From positions 277,917 through 341,916 of the forward strand of contig CAISET010000002.1 of assembly GCA_903884505.1 (NCBI GenBank): a DNA stretch of 64,000 nt, written 5' to 3'. Each line of letters begins with the position of its first letter. Positions within the stretch are counted from its first letter, which is position 1. This stretch comes from an uncultured Candidatus Micrarchaeota archaeon. Its GTDB lineage: Archaea > Micrarchaeota > Micrarchaeia > Burarchaeales > Fermentimicrarchaeaceae. The notes under the pieces are model-generated. The model made no database searches, had not been told where the DNA came from, and worked only from the letters and a program-made list of their open reading frames with translations. A program made the position numbers and the translations under genes. This document shows, one piece after another, positions 44,366 to 53,558 of this stretch.

Positions 44366-45130
44366 CTAATGCTTCACGCGCCCGTTATCTACGACGAGCA
44401 CCTGCCCATTGACCCCTTTCGCAGTCGCAAGGAATACTATCGCCTCCGCGACATCCTCCACTTCCACAAGCTTCCCGTTGGGCGTAAGCGCAGCATAGAC
44501 CCTCCATCTCGCCTCAGGCGTCCTCTCCATCAGCTTCGTCCGCACGGGTCCCGGCGCAACGGCATTCACTGCAATCCCGTGCTCCGCGAATTCATCCGCC
44601 CAACTGTAGGTGAGCCCTATGGCCCCGCTCTTGCTCGCAGCGTAATGGCATCCGCTCCTGCTCCCAATGATTCCTGCGATGCTCGCCACATTGACGATTC
44701 TTCCGCCCTTCCCCCGCTTAATCATCTCCCGCGCGACCGCCCGCGTGCAGAGGAAGGCTCCTTTCAGATTAACTCCCATGAGCCAGTCCCACTCCTCCTC
44801 TTGCAATTCGACAGTCGGCCGCCCCGGCTTCCTCGAATAGGCGCCCGCATTGTTCACGAGGATGTCTATCCCGCCGAATTCCTTCACAACCCGCGCGACC
44901 ATCCGTTCGACTTCTTTCGCTTTCGAGACGTCGGCCTGCACGGCAATGCATCTCGCCCCAAGTTTCTTAGCTTCCTTGACGACTTCCTGCGCCTCTTTTG
45001 CACTCCCAGAACTAGCGTAATTCACAGCTACGTTCGCCCCGAGCTTGGCAAAATTAAGAAGAGCCGCCCTCCCGAATCCCCGGCCCGAGCCGGTGACGAG
45101 GGCGGTCTTACCTGAAAGTGGCTCCATCAC
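44366..45130 (-). CDS. short-chain dehydrogenase/reductase (SDR), FabG-like
   Basis: Cofactor site TGSGRGFG, plus NNAG and catalytic YAASK. Confidence 0.85.
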   Translation of the reverse strand: MMEPLSGKTALVTGSGRGFGRAALLNFAKLGANVAVNYASSGSAKEAQEVVKEAKKLGARCIAVQADVSKAKEVERMVARVVKEFGGIDILVNNAGAYSRKPGRPTVELQEEEWDWLMGVNLKGAFLCTRAVAREMIKRGKGGRIVNVASIAGIIGSRSGCHYAASKSGAIGLTYSWADEFAEHGIAVNAVAPGPVRTKLMERTPEARWRVYAALTPNGKLVEVEDVAEAIVFLATAKGVNGQVLVVDNGRVKH

Positions 45131-45137
45131 GCCACGC

Positions 45138-45950
45138 TCAGCGCGTGAAGGTCGTCACGGTCCAGTCGTTGGTCGGGTCGTCCGCGTTCGCCTGGTCCGC
45201 CGTGAAGGTGTGGGTGTAGCTCTGCGTCTGGCCCTCGTTCAGCGTCACGCGCACTGTTGCGGTTGTGGGTGCAGTCACCCCGTGGTCGGAGTAGTACCTG
45301 ACCTTGATGGCCCACTGCCCGGTCTCCGTTGTGTTCTCGCATATGAAAGTCTCGGGCCCGTACCCGTCCGTCTTGTCAAGATCGAGGTTGCATCCCGAGA
45401 TGCCATTGAGCGCCTGGTACCAAGTGTGATCGCTGTTCAGTGTGCTGCTGTAGCCAGGGGCGTACACGTGCATATCTACATCCGTTAGGTTCGTGTCCCA
45501 GGTCAGCACCACTTCTACCTGGCGCGCAGGCAGGTTGCCCGTCACCGTGAAGGTGTCGCTCTGGCCATAGGCGCCGCCGTTTGCGTCCTCGACCTGGACA
45601 ACGACATTGTTCGTGCCCCTGCCGATGACGAAATCGGCGCCGAAGTCCCAGGTGCCATCGTCGTTCCTCGTCATGTCCGTGACATACTGCTTCTGCCCGT
45701 TGAGCACAACCGCAACCCTCCCGCTGAATATGGTCGCGTCATTGCCGCCGGGGTTGTCTACCGTGCCCGCGATGTGCTGCACCCTCTCCGTAGTAGTGCC
45801 GCCATTGGCGACAGCAGTCCCGTCCCTCCCGGTGAGGCCCGTTACATTCGCGTGCTGTGCGTTTCCGCCCGGAAACGGTATGCCGCAGCATCCGTACAGC
45901 ATCAGAGCCGCGACAATTACTGCCGCAGCCACAAACCACTGCTTCGTCAT
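45138..45950 (-). CDS. secreted protein with a DUF2135/YfaP-like beta-rich domain
   Basis: Signal peptide from the internal Met (MTKQWFVAAAVIVAALMLYGCC). VVLTWDTNLTDVDMHVYAPGYS resembles DUF2135. The ORF extends to 46019 in the table. Confidence 0.45.
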   Translation of the reverse strand: MTKQWFVAAAVIVAALMLYGCCGIPFPGGNAQHANVTGLTGRDGTAVANGGTTTERVQHIAGTVDNPGGNDATIFSGRVAVVLNGQKQYVTDMTRNDDGTWDFGADFVIGRGTNNVVVQVEDANGGAYGQSDTFTVTGNLPARQVEVVLTWDTNLTDVDMHVYAPGYSSTLNSDHTWYQALNGISGCNLDLDKTDGYGPETFICENTTETGQWAIKVRYYSDHGVTAPTTATVRVTLNEGQTQSYTHTFTADQANADDPTNDWTVTTFTR

Positions 45951-45966
45951 AGTCCCAACCCCCAAT

Positions 45967-46692
45967 TCAAGCCGCCTCAATCCGCGGCGCAAGGTAATAC
46001 GTAAGCACAGCATCGCCAATGGAATACTCCACCTTCACGGGCGCGTTCGTCTTCAAATGCAGCGTTATCTGGGAATCGTTCGGGCATGCCCTTGCGATGT
46101 CGTCAAGGAACTGCAGCGGGAAGGTCGCCCTTGCCGGCTTCTTCACGTCCATCTCGGCAGTCGCCTTCTCGTTCAAATCAGCGGAATCGCCCTTCGCATC
46201 CACGAAGAAGCCCGCCTCGGTCGCCTCGAGCACCAGATGGGACGATACGAGCGTCGCGTCCCTCAAAATCTCCTTGAACTGCCCCGCATTCACCTTAACA
46301 GTGGCATCGTAGTCAATCTTCGGCTCCTTCTGCGGCCCGGCGCTCAAATCCAGCAGCGGAATCTTGAAGCTCCTCTTGCCCTCGCCGCTGAACTCCAGCC
46401 CGAGCTTGTTCTCTTCGAGCACCATCTTCAATTTCTCCTTCTCCCTCGCCCTCGCAAGGAACTTGGAGAGGCTGTCGAAATTCAGCCCTATCTTCCCGAC
46501 TCCCTCCACCTTGTATTCCACGAAGGACTTCTTCGGCACGAAAAAGGAGACCATCGCAATCTGCGAGGGGTCCATGGCCCTGAGCGAAATGCCGTCCGCC
46601 TTGACCTCCAATACCCCCTCATCAATAAGGTTGACTATCGCATCAACGCAATTCTTCCAGAACTTCGCATCCTCGACGCTTACCTCGAACAT
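45967..46692 (-). CDS. pcn: DNA polymerase sliding clamp PCNA
   Basis: MFEVSVEDAKFWKNCVDAIVNLIDEGVLEV...: two PCNA domain repeats, about 241 aa. Confidence 0.88.
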   Translation of the reverse strand: MFEVSVEDAKFWKNCVDAIVNLIDEGVLEVKADGISLRAMDPSQIAMVSFFVPKKSFVEYKVEGVGKIGLNFDSLSKFLARAREKEKLKMVLEENKLGLEFSGEGKRSFKIPLLDLSAGPQKEPKIDYDATVKVNAGQFKEILRDATLVSSHLVLEATEAGFFVDAKGDSADLNEKATAEMDVKKPARATFPLQFLDDIARACPNDSQITLHLKTNAPVKVEYSIGDAVLTYYLAPRIEAA

Positions 46693-46858
46693 CTGAATTC
46701 ACCCCAGATTAAATAGACGGTTTATCCTTTGCAGGCAGGGGTTTAAAATCTCTCCTAACCCCGAAGCGGCTTCAGCCTTTCCTTGCTGCCGCCCGGCTGC
46801 ATTAATCTTTCCGAATCTAGGCCTCCCTTCCCTTTGTCATGTTCTCGCCCAGTTTCCA

Positions 46859-47197
46859 TTACCACCTGATGTTTGGTTCGGGTTTCTCCACCCCTGGCCC
46901 GAGAAACGCCTTCAATCTTTTTGCCTCTTCAGCAAACTGTTCCAAAAGCTCTGCTAACTTCCGGCGGTCATCGGCGTTATCCGAGTAGCCGCCGCCGTTG
47001 TCGCGAAGCGTCGAGAAGAGCCCGTTCATCCTCTTCAAACTGCCGTTCATTTCGGATACGTGCTTCACCAGGCCGGGAAGCAGTGCCGATATACTCTGGC
47101 TCGCGCTCAGCATCCTTGCAAATTCAGGATCCGGGCGGTCCGGGTTCCAGAGCAGCGAGAGGAAGATTGACGGATTCGGCTTCTCTTTCGTTTTCAT
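46859..47197 (-). CDS. hypothetical protein
   Basis: 112-aa ORF. No known motif. Confidence 0.35.
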   Translation of the reverse strand: MKTKEKPNPSIFLSLLWNPDRPDPEFARMLSASQSISALLPGLVKHVSEMNGSLKRMNGLFSTLRDNGGGYSDNADDRRKLAELLEQFAEEAKRLKAFLGPGVEKPEPNIRW

Positions 47198-47404
47198 TCA
47201 AATCACTTCCTCGCAATTTCTCGAAACCGGCCGCGAGCGCTTCCGCTCGCCATTCAGCTTCCTGAAGGCCAATTCCCCGTCGCGCAGCTCGAGCACTACG
47301 CCATCAGTTATCCCGAGCGCCTCCCTTGCATCCACTGGCAAAACTAGCCGGAACTTCGCATCAAGCCTGCAGATGTATTTGCGTGTGCCAAAGGCGCATC
47401 CCAT
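47198..47404 (-). CDS. AbrB/MazE/SpoVT-family (swapped-hairpin) DNA-binding protein
   Basis: YICRLDAKFRLVLPVDAREALGITDGVVLELRDGELAFRKL matches the AbrB-N looped-hinge helix fold. Confidence 0.55.
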   Translation of the reverse strand: MGCAFGTRKYICRLDAKFRLVLPVDAREALGITDGVVLELRDGELAFRKLNGERKRSRPVSRNCEEVI

Positions 47405-47451
47405 TCACCAATGCGAAGATTGCGGCGTTCCCACTATTTAAAACAGCCCAG

Positions 47452-48405
47452 TCAGCGCGCAAGCGTTGAATCGCATCCGGCGGGCGTCCCAAGCAGGCCG
47501 AAGAGAAAAAGCTTCACGTAGCCGACGTACGGCAGCCTCGCGGCCACTTTCCCCACCACATGCTCCTGCGAAATGGGCGAATTCCCGAACTGCAAATCGA
47601 GCTGGTCGTTGTTGTCGCCCAAGGTGAAGTAGTATTTCTTCCCTTCAACATCCATCTTCAGGTAAACGCGATGTATCGTTTCGCCGCGGAACGTGTCGCC
47701 AGGCAAAGGCGAATAGACCACCACGTCATTGCTCAAATTCTGCGCAATCCGCTGCCCATCCGCGAGCACGGCCCTGGTGCAGGGGACCTCGGCAACGCTG
47801 CCGTTGTAATACCTTCTGGTGCAAATCCCGCACTCGTACTGGAGCAGGTTCCCGCTCTGGCTCGCCTCGCCAGTCAACTGCAGCCCGAGCGGCGTAATCA
47901 CGTAGCCCGCGGTGCAGGGCTCCATGCTCCTTGCCCCGGTGCTGGAATTTATCCTCTCGCAGAGCGCGCAGACTATCTGCTCCTTCTTCCAGTCCTGCGC
48001 GGCAAACTCCGATTGCGAAACCGCGACCTCGGGCGCATTCGGCTCAGCGCCCTGCAGAATCACCATATCGCCCCGCTCAAGGTTCGGAAGCATTGAGCAG
48101 GAGACGATTGCATCGAGCGGCGCGCCCGTATGGAGCAGGAACCCTCCTCCATACCAGATTGCTGCAGCAACAAGGACCGCAACCAGAATCTCCTTAATCT
48201 CGTTCTTCCATCCTCCTTTTGATGCGCTGTGCAGGGTATCCGCAACGAAAAGCGCGATGAGGGAAAGGGCGGTGAGCGCCGCGAAGATTACGGATTTGGT
48301 GATTAGGTAAAGGGCGAATACGAGTATGAAGACAACATAAAGTGCCTTAGTCGAAACTATCCAATCAAGCATTTTGCCCGAGCCATCTTTAGACTCTTCC
48401 ACCAC
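47452..48405 (-). CDS. signal peptidase I, archaeal/eukaryotic SEC11 type (S26B) with an inserted domain
   Basis: TM anchor. Catalytic SCSMLPNLERGDMVIL (Ser in an SMxP-like box). C-terminal TLGDNND box. Confidence 0.7.
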   Translation of the reverse strand: MVEESKDGSGKMLDWIVSTKALYVVFILVFALYLITKSVIFAALTALSLIALFVADTLHSASKGGWKNEIKEILVAVLVAAAIWYGGGFLLHTGAPLDAIVSCSMLPNLERGDMVILQGAEPNAPEVAVSQSEFAAQDWKKEQIVCALCERINSSTGARSMEPCTAGYVITPLGLQLTGEASQSGNLLQYECGICTRRYYNGSVAEVPCTRAVLADGQRIAQNLSNDVVVYSPLPGDTFRGETIHRVYLKMDVEGKKYYFTLGDNNDQLDLQFGNSPISQEHVVGKVAARLPYVGYVKLFLFGLLGTPAGCDSTLAR

Positions 48406-48477
48406 TCGAGAAACCCCCGGCGCTTCCCTCCTCGCAAGCTCGTCGGTCGCTTGCGTCGGTTTCTACGCTACTTCCGC

Positions 48478-49047
48478 TCATACCTTTCCACCACTTTCCC
48501 CCCTCACTATACCGCCTGCAATGACGTGCGCGAGCCTTATTGGCTCAGGAATTCCCGGGAACCTCGCAAGGAGCTTCCCCGCATCATCGGCTGAAATCCC
48601 GGCGACCTGCGCATAAACCCTTCCGAGCTTATGCACCCCGCCAGCCCGTTTAATCTTCACCATCTTCTCCTCGCTGCAGCAGACGTTGGAGAGCGCCTTC
48701 CGGACCTCGCCCATATCCGGCTTTCTCCGCACGACCGCAATCACCGGCTTCCCAATCTCCCGGCTCAAATCATCAATGTCAACCACATTGAACCCTCCGA
48801 GCATGATTGAGTTCAGCATCACGGCCCCGACCTGCCCTGCGAACCGCGAACCCAGAATCATCGCGGCAACCTTCTCTGTCGAATCATCGCCATCGCGCAT
48901 TACTTTCGTTGAGAGCACCCCTTCAACAACCTGCCCGCGCATAAGCACTCCGACAACAAGCACCTCATCATCCGATTTGGAGAACGGCGAATCGTCTATC
49001 CCAAGGATGCGAATCCCAACCTTCGGCTGCCTCCCATCCCCAGCCAT
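48478..49047 (-). CDS. DUF99 / UPF0215 family protein
   Basis: RILGIDDSPF N-terminal motif typical of archaeal UPF0215. Confidence 0.6.
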   Translation of the reverse strand: MAGDGRQPKVGIRILGIDDSPFSKSDDEVLVVGVLMRGQVVEGVLSTKVMRDGDDSTEKVAAMILGSRFAGQVGAVMLNSIMLGGFNVVDIDDLSREIGKPVIAVVRRKPDMGEVRKALSNVCCSEEKMVKIKRAGGVHKLGRVYAQVAGISADDAGKLLARFPGIPEPIRLAHVIAGGIVRGESGGKV

Positions 49048-49056
49048 CTAAATCGT

Positions 49057-49338
49057 CTATTTCTTCCCCCTGATTCTTTTCAGCTTTCCCCTCAGCTCAT
49101 CGACCTGGTCCGAAACGCTCTCAATGGCCTTCTTGAGCGCCTCCTTGGGCGTTTTCTTCTTCGTCCTTATCACGAGCTTCGGCGCAGCAAGCTGCGGGTG
49201 CTCCATCACATGGGCGGCGAACTCGACATCCGGGTCCTTGGAAAGCGCAGCGCTGAGCAGCGCGGGGATGGAATGGTCCTCCCCCTCAAAAGTTACCACC
49301 CAGTGCTTCTCGCCCTTAATATCCACTTTAAGCCCCAT
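49057..49338 (-). CDS. rpoL: DNA-directed RNA polymerase subunit L (Rpb11 homologue)
   Basis: FEGEDHSIPALLSAALSKDPDVEFAAHVMEHPQLAAPKLVIRTK: RpoL signature. Confidence 0.8.
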   Translation of the reverse strand: MGLKVDIKGEKHWVVTFEGEDHSIPALLSAALSKDPDVEFAAHVMEHPQLAAPKLVIRTKKKTPKEALKKAIESVSDQVDELRGKLKRIRGKK

Positions 49339-49342
49339 CGCA

Positions 49343-49921
49343 TCACCCTTGTTTAACGAATGAATATTCAGTTGAAAGCTTTCTCCTCTCCTCGCTGCCG
49401 CACCTTCCGCATTTGAGCGTGCCGCCGGTTATGAGCGCGAGCGGCCCCCTGCAGTGCGAGCAATAAGCCTTCACGACCCCGAGGCCCGGCGCCTTCGTGC
49501 TCAGCCCGATTTCCCCGTCCTTCCTTATTCCCTCGACCGAGCACTTCAAAATATCGCCAATCCTGACCTCGTCATGCACATTATCCACATACCCCTGCTT
49601 CACCCTGCTCGCATGCAGCACGCTGTAGCCCTCGGGCGGGACCTGCCTCGCCTCCCCGCCCTCCACCGCCTGCAATTGGATTAGCGCAACAGGCTCGAAA
49701 ATCGCCTCAACCCGTCCGTAGACTATCGAGCCCGCGTCTATCGGCTTCGGCGCCTGCACCCTCGCGCGGACCGAGACGACCTTGTCCCGCGAGACCTCCA
49801 TGGTGCCGAACACAGCAGCATAAATCTTGCCATCCTCCACTCTCGTGCCACTGCCTGCCGCAAACTCCTCTTCAGTTCCAAGGAACTCCCCCGGAAGAAC
49901 GATATTAGCCATAATACCCAC
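49343..49921 (-). CDS. csl4: exosome complex RNA-binding protein Csl4
   Basis: S1 domain plus C-terminal zinc ribbon (CSHCRGPL...CGRCG). Conserved csl4-rpoL adjacency. Confidence 0.75.
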   Translation of the reverse strand: MGIMANIVLPGEFLGTEEEFAAGSGTRVEDGKIYAAVFGTMEVSRDKVVSVRARVQAPKPIDAGSIVYGRVEAIFEPVALIQLQAVEGGEARQVPPEGYSVLHASRVKQGYVDNVHDEVRIGDILKCSVEGIRKDGEIGLSTKAPGLGVVKAYCSHCRGPLALITGGTLKCGRCGSEERRKLSTEYSFVKQG

Positions 49922-49998
49922 ACTGCAAAATAAGCAGTTGCAGGTTTCGGTTTCTCAACAACTATTTATATATCTGCCGCCGAAATCCTCTCGATAAC

Positions 49999-51222
49999 AT
50001 GCCGAAGAAGCGAATGCTCATACTCTGCGTGGACAGGGACAACGACCTCTTCGTAAAGGCGAAGACGGCCGGCCCCATCCTGGGCAGGGAGGCCAACATC
50101 GCGGCAGCCACGAAGCTGGCCATCGCGGACCCGGAGGAGACGGACGCGAACACCATATTCGAGGCGGTCAAGGTCTTCGATGAGCTCTCGAAGGACCACG
50201 AGCTGCAGCTCGCAACCCTCACCGGCTCCGAGCGGCTCGGCTACACCGCTGACCGCGAGGTTCTCAAGCAGCTTGAGCGCATTCTCAGCGAATTCAAGTG
50301 CGACTCCTGCGTTTTCGTTAGCGATGGCGCATCCGACGAGCAGGTCATACCCATCATCCAGTCCCGCATGAAAATAGACAGCGTCCGCGTTGTCGTGATG
50401 AAGCAGGCGAAGGAGCTGGAGAAGACGTACTTCGTCCTCCTGGAGAAGCTCAAGGAGCCGCACTACGCCCGGCTCATCTTCGGCATCCCGGCCATCTTCC
50501 TCATACTGCTCGCAATAGGCGAATACCTGGGCTACGGCTGGCGCCTCGTCGCGCTCGTGCTCGGCGCCTACCTGCTCGCGAAGGGCTTCGGGATTGAGGA
50601 ATGGTTCCTCAACCGCATCTCCGCCTGGCGCTTCTCAATGGAGCGGCTGAGTTTCATATTCTACCTCCTAGCCATCCCCCTGCTCATAATCGCGTTCGCG
50701 CAGGCCTACGAGGGCTATCTCACGCAGTCGGCGCAGACCACTGATTCCCTTAAGGTGCTCGCTTACACCACCACAAAGCTGCTGCTTCTCCTCCCCTGGG
50801 CAGCCCTCCTCGTCGTCCTAGGAAAGGCGATGGACCTCCTAGCCGAGAAGAAGAAATACGAGGTGGTCAAGTACGGGACATACGGCATCTTCGTGCTCGC
50901 ACTCTGGCTCATCTTCACCATCGCAAGCAGGTGGATTCTCGCGGACGTCTATTTCTCCGACTTCGTCCTCACAATGCTCTTCACAGTGGCGCTCGTCGTC
51001 CTTTCGGTCCGCGTCATGGACTGGCTAAGGATTAGGATTGCGGAGAGGATGAAACTGGAGAACAAGGAGGTGCTGACCGAGCTCGGCGCCTACCTCGGGA
51101 AGACGGTCGGCGTTGACAGGAGGCGCGGCGTCCTAATTGTCCAGACAGCCTACGGGCAGAAGCTGGACCTCCCATTCGAGAAGATAATCGGGATAGGCGA
51201 CAGGGTGACGGTGAGGTATTGA
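49999..51222 (+). CDS. DUF373-family membrane protein
   Basis: MLILCVDRDNDLFVKA N-terminal soluble domain, then about 7 TM helices. Confidence 0.6.
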   Translation: MPKKRMLILCVDRDNDLFVKAKTAGPILGREANIAAATKLAIADPEETDANTIFEAVKVFDELSKDHELQLATLTGSERLGYTADREVLKQLERILSEFKCDSCVFVSDGASDEQVIPIIQSRMKIDSVRVVVMKQAKELEKTYFVLLEKLKEPHYARLIFGIPAIFLILLAIGEYLGYGWRLVALVLGAYLLAKGFGIEEWFLNRISAWRFSMERLSFIFYLLAIPLLIIAFAQAYEGYLTQSAQTTDSLKVLAYTTTKLLLLLPWAALLVVLGKAMDLLAEKKKYEVVKYGTYGIFVLALWLIFTIASRWILADVYFSDFVLTMLFTVALVVLSVRVMDWLRIRIAERMKLENKEVLTELGAYLGKTVGVDRRRGVLIVQTAYGQKLDLPFEKIIGIGDRVTVRY

Positions 51223-51224
51223 CC

Positions 51225-51398
51225 ATGAACCTCTCCAAGTTCAGGAAGAAGCAGGATGAGCTGAGGGAGCGCGACTTCACGAGGCGCGCAGTCCAGCTCC
51301 GCGGCGTTTCCCCCGAGAAGACGCTCAAGGTCTTTTTCGCCCTCTGCAGGGCGGCAAGTGAGCTCGCGCGCGCAGGCAGGCACGTGACCGGTGTCTAG
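51225..51398 (+). CDS. small hypothetical protein (57 aa), possible partner of the downstream nucleotidyltransferase
   Basis: ATG at 51225 runs to the stop at 51396-98, 1 nt before the next start. Basic and helical (KFRKKQDELRERDFTRRAVQL). Not in the ORF table because it is under 60 aa. Confidence 0.3.
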   Translation: MNLSKFRKKQDELRERDFTRRAVQLRGVSPEKTLKVFFALCRAASELARAGRHVTGV

Positions 51399-51965
51399 AT
51401 GCGCGAAATAAAGGATTTGGCAACCACTGTTGCGCGTTTCCTAAATAAGGAGAAGATAAGGTACGCGTTCGTCGGCGGGCTTGCGGTTTCAGCATGGGGC
51501 GAGCCTCGCACGACGCGGGACGTGGATGTCATAATGCTAATCGGGAGGAAGCACATCCACCCGCTCGTAAATTTCCTTAAGCGCAGCGGGTTCGAGGCGA
51601 GCGAAGAGGATGCGGAAGCCGCGCTTTCCGAGAAATCCCACTTCAGCGTCTTCGACCGGAACTCCGAATACTGGCTCGACGTGAAAGGCGTGTATGCCGA
51701 GCGCGATGAAGTGACGCTGAAGAGGCGGAGTAAGGTTAGGCTCGGCGGGCTGCAGGTTTTCCTTGCTTCGCCAGAAGATACGATCCTCAGCAAGCTGGAG
51801 TTCGGCTCCGAGCGGGACATTAACGACATAAAGGGAATAATCCTGCGCCAGGGAAAACGGCTCGATGAACGATACCTGGCCGCAGGCTCCAGGCGCTCAG
51901 GCACGTTCTCAAAGTATGCGAAGATAAAGCGGGAAGCGGAGGAGAGCCTCTCACGTTATATTTAG
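51399..51965 (+). CDS. nucleotidyltransferase-fold protein (AbiEii/DUF6036-like)
   Basis: YAFVGGLAVSAWGEPRTTRDVDVIM: Pol-beta-like NTase hG[GS]...D.D motif. Confidence 0.55.
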   Translation: MREIKDLATTVARFLNKEKIRYAFVGGLAVSAWGEPRTTRDVDVIMLIGRKHIHPLVNFLKRSGFEASEEDAEAALSEKSHFSVFDRNSEYWLDVKGVYAERDEVTLKRRSKVRLGGLQVFLASPEDTILSKLEFGSERDINDIKGIILRQGKRLDERYLAAGSRRSGTFSKYAKIKREAEESLSRYI

Positions 51966-52005
51966 GCTTACGATACACGGCAAGACAATAACAGAGGTAC
52001 TGCCC

Positions 52006-52662
52006 ATGTGGATAGCGCGAATCAAGTATCGCCATGATGACTGCGTCACGATGCCGAAGGTCGTCAAGCACAACATCGTAGCCTACGCCTCCCCGGGAAA
52101 CGCAACCGCACGCGGCGGATTCATCTACAGCACCGGGTTTCTCCTGCTAATCGGAGACGAAAGCGCGAAAAAGGGCTTCATCAAGGATTTGAGACACGAT
52201 GAGCGCGTCACAAAAGTCGAGATTAATGGCGACCTGGTGGTTTTCGTCGAAAAAGCCCGGCCAGGCCGGGAAGTATTCCGCTCGCGCGACATAATCTGCG
52301 TCAAGCCGGTCTTCTGCAACCCGAAGGACGGGCACGAATACTGGGAGATTGCCACCTGGGACAAGAAGTTCATCAGTGATTTTGTCAGCAGGGCCAACCG
52401 GTTCGGCAAGGCGCAGCTTCTCAGCGTAAAACGCATGGCACTCAGCGACGTCTATCTCCTCCACGTCGCGCCGAGGCTTTCCCAGAAGCAGAAGGAGGCG
52501 CTCGGGCTCGCCTACAAATACGGCTACTACGACGTTCCGCGCAAGGTCGAGCTGGCCGCCCTTTCCAAGAAGCTGGGGATAAGCGGGCAGGCGTTCTCCG
52601 AGCGCCTGCGGACCGCGGAGCGCAAGCTGCTGCCACTGCTCATCGAGAGAAGCCTGCAGTAA
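52006..52662 (+). CDS. transcriptional regulator with a C-terminal HTH_10 (bacterio-opsin activator-type) domain
   Basis: LSQKQKEALGLAYKYGYYDVPRKVELAALSKKLGISGQAFSERLRTAERKLL. Confidence 0.6.
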   Translation: MWIARIKYRHDDCVTMPKVVKHNIVAYASPGNATARGGFIYSTGFLLLIGDESAKKGFIKDLRHDERVTKVEINGDLVVFVEKARPGREVFRSRDIICVKPVFCNPKDGHEYWEIATWDKKFISDFVSRANRFGKAQLLSVKRMALSDVYLLHVAPRLSQKQKEALGLAYKYGYYDVPRKVELAALSKKLGISGQAFSERLRTAERKLLPLLIERSLQ

Positions 52663-52716
52663 AAACCTTTCATGCGCAAGGTTTAAAATTAAGTAGAAGT
52701 TCCGCGCAATCCTTGC

Positions 52717-53016
52717 ATGGCGACCAAACTAAAAACCGAGAACCCGCTGGAGCGCGTCGTGCGCCCGCCCACGGGGGATTGCATGAGCTGGGAGGACCGC
52801 AAGAACGCATTCGAAACATTCGACCCGAAGCTGCATGACCCGAAAGGAAAGTTCATTGGCAGCCTGGACGATAGGGAGGCCTACCACTTATTCACTGAGG
52901 CAGGGAACGCCCTTGTTGATAAATGGCTGGCGGCATCCCCGGGCAAAGAATTCGATGAGGCCATGCGCCGGGCGCGCAGCAGCTCTGCCTTCCACCAATT
53001 CATGGAGCTTGCCTGA
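52717..53016 (+). CDS. hypothetical protein
   Basis: 99-aa ORF with reasonable codon usage. No motif. Confidence 0.35.
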   Translation: MATKLKTENPLERVVRPPTGDCMSWEDRKNAFETFDPKLHDPKGKFIGSLDDREAYHLFTEAGNALVDKWLAASPGKEFDEAMRRARSSSAFHQFMELA

Positions 53017-53093
53017 AGATGGCTTGCTATGAGCGCATCTTAACACACTAAGATACTAATAAATACTTCAAACTCGCCGGCTTAGCGGGTCGT

Positions 53094-53558
53094 TTGATGC
53101 CACCAACTAAAATTAAAACTGGGCAGCCCAGCGTCATCCCTAAGCAGCCCGAAAAAACGGTTGGGTCGACTTTTAGGGAGAAGTTCGCGAAGCTCCTCCT
53201 TAATGATAAATCCAGCGAACTTGACTGGAAGACGAAGAAAAGGGCAACCAGGCTGCTCTCGGAAGAGAGAGCCGCGGAGAAACTGGCCAACCGCGAAACG
53301 GGCGAACGAAACAGGAGCATCGTCATAGCATCGGCTCTCACAGCGATGAGTGCAGCGCTCACATACGTAGCCACGTATACAACTGCCGGCACTGTGCTGA
53401 CGATTCCAACCGCAGGGGGGTGCCTCGTCATCGCCGGAGTGTTCGCAGCCTACGCCCTTTTCCGCCATAACCGCGTCCAAAAAGCTGCCAAACGCCTGGA
53501 GAAAGTGCGCAGCGAGCTCGACGGAATCATCCAAAAATCTACCAAGGAAGCGTCTTAA
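53094..53558 (+). CDS. hypothetical membrane protein
   Basis: Two C-terminal TM helices ([20 protein letters not shown]...[16 protein letters not shown]). Confidence 0.35.
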   Translation: MMPPTKIKTGQPSVIPKQPEKTVGSTFREKFAKLLLNDKSSELDWKTKKRATRLLSEERAAEKLANRETGERNRSIVIASALTAMSAALTYVATYTTAGTVLTIPTAGGCLVIAGVFAAYALFRHNRVQKAAKRLEKVRSELDGIIQKSTKEAS

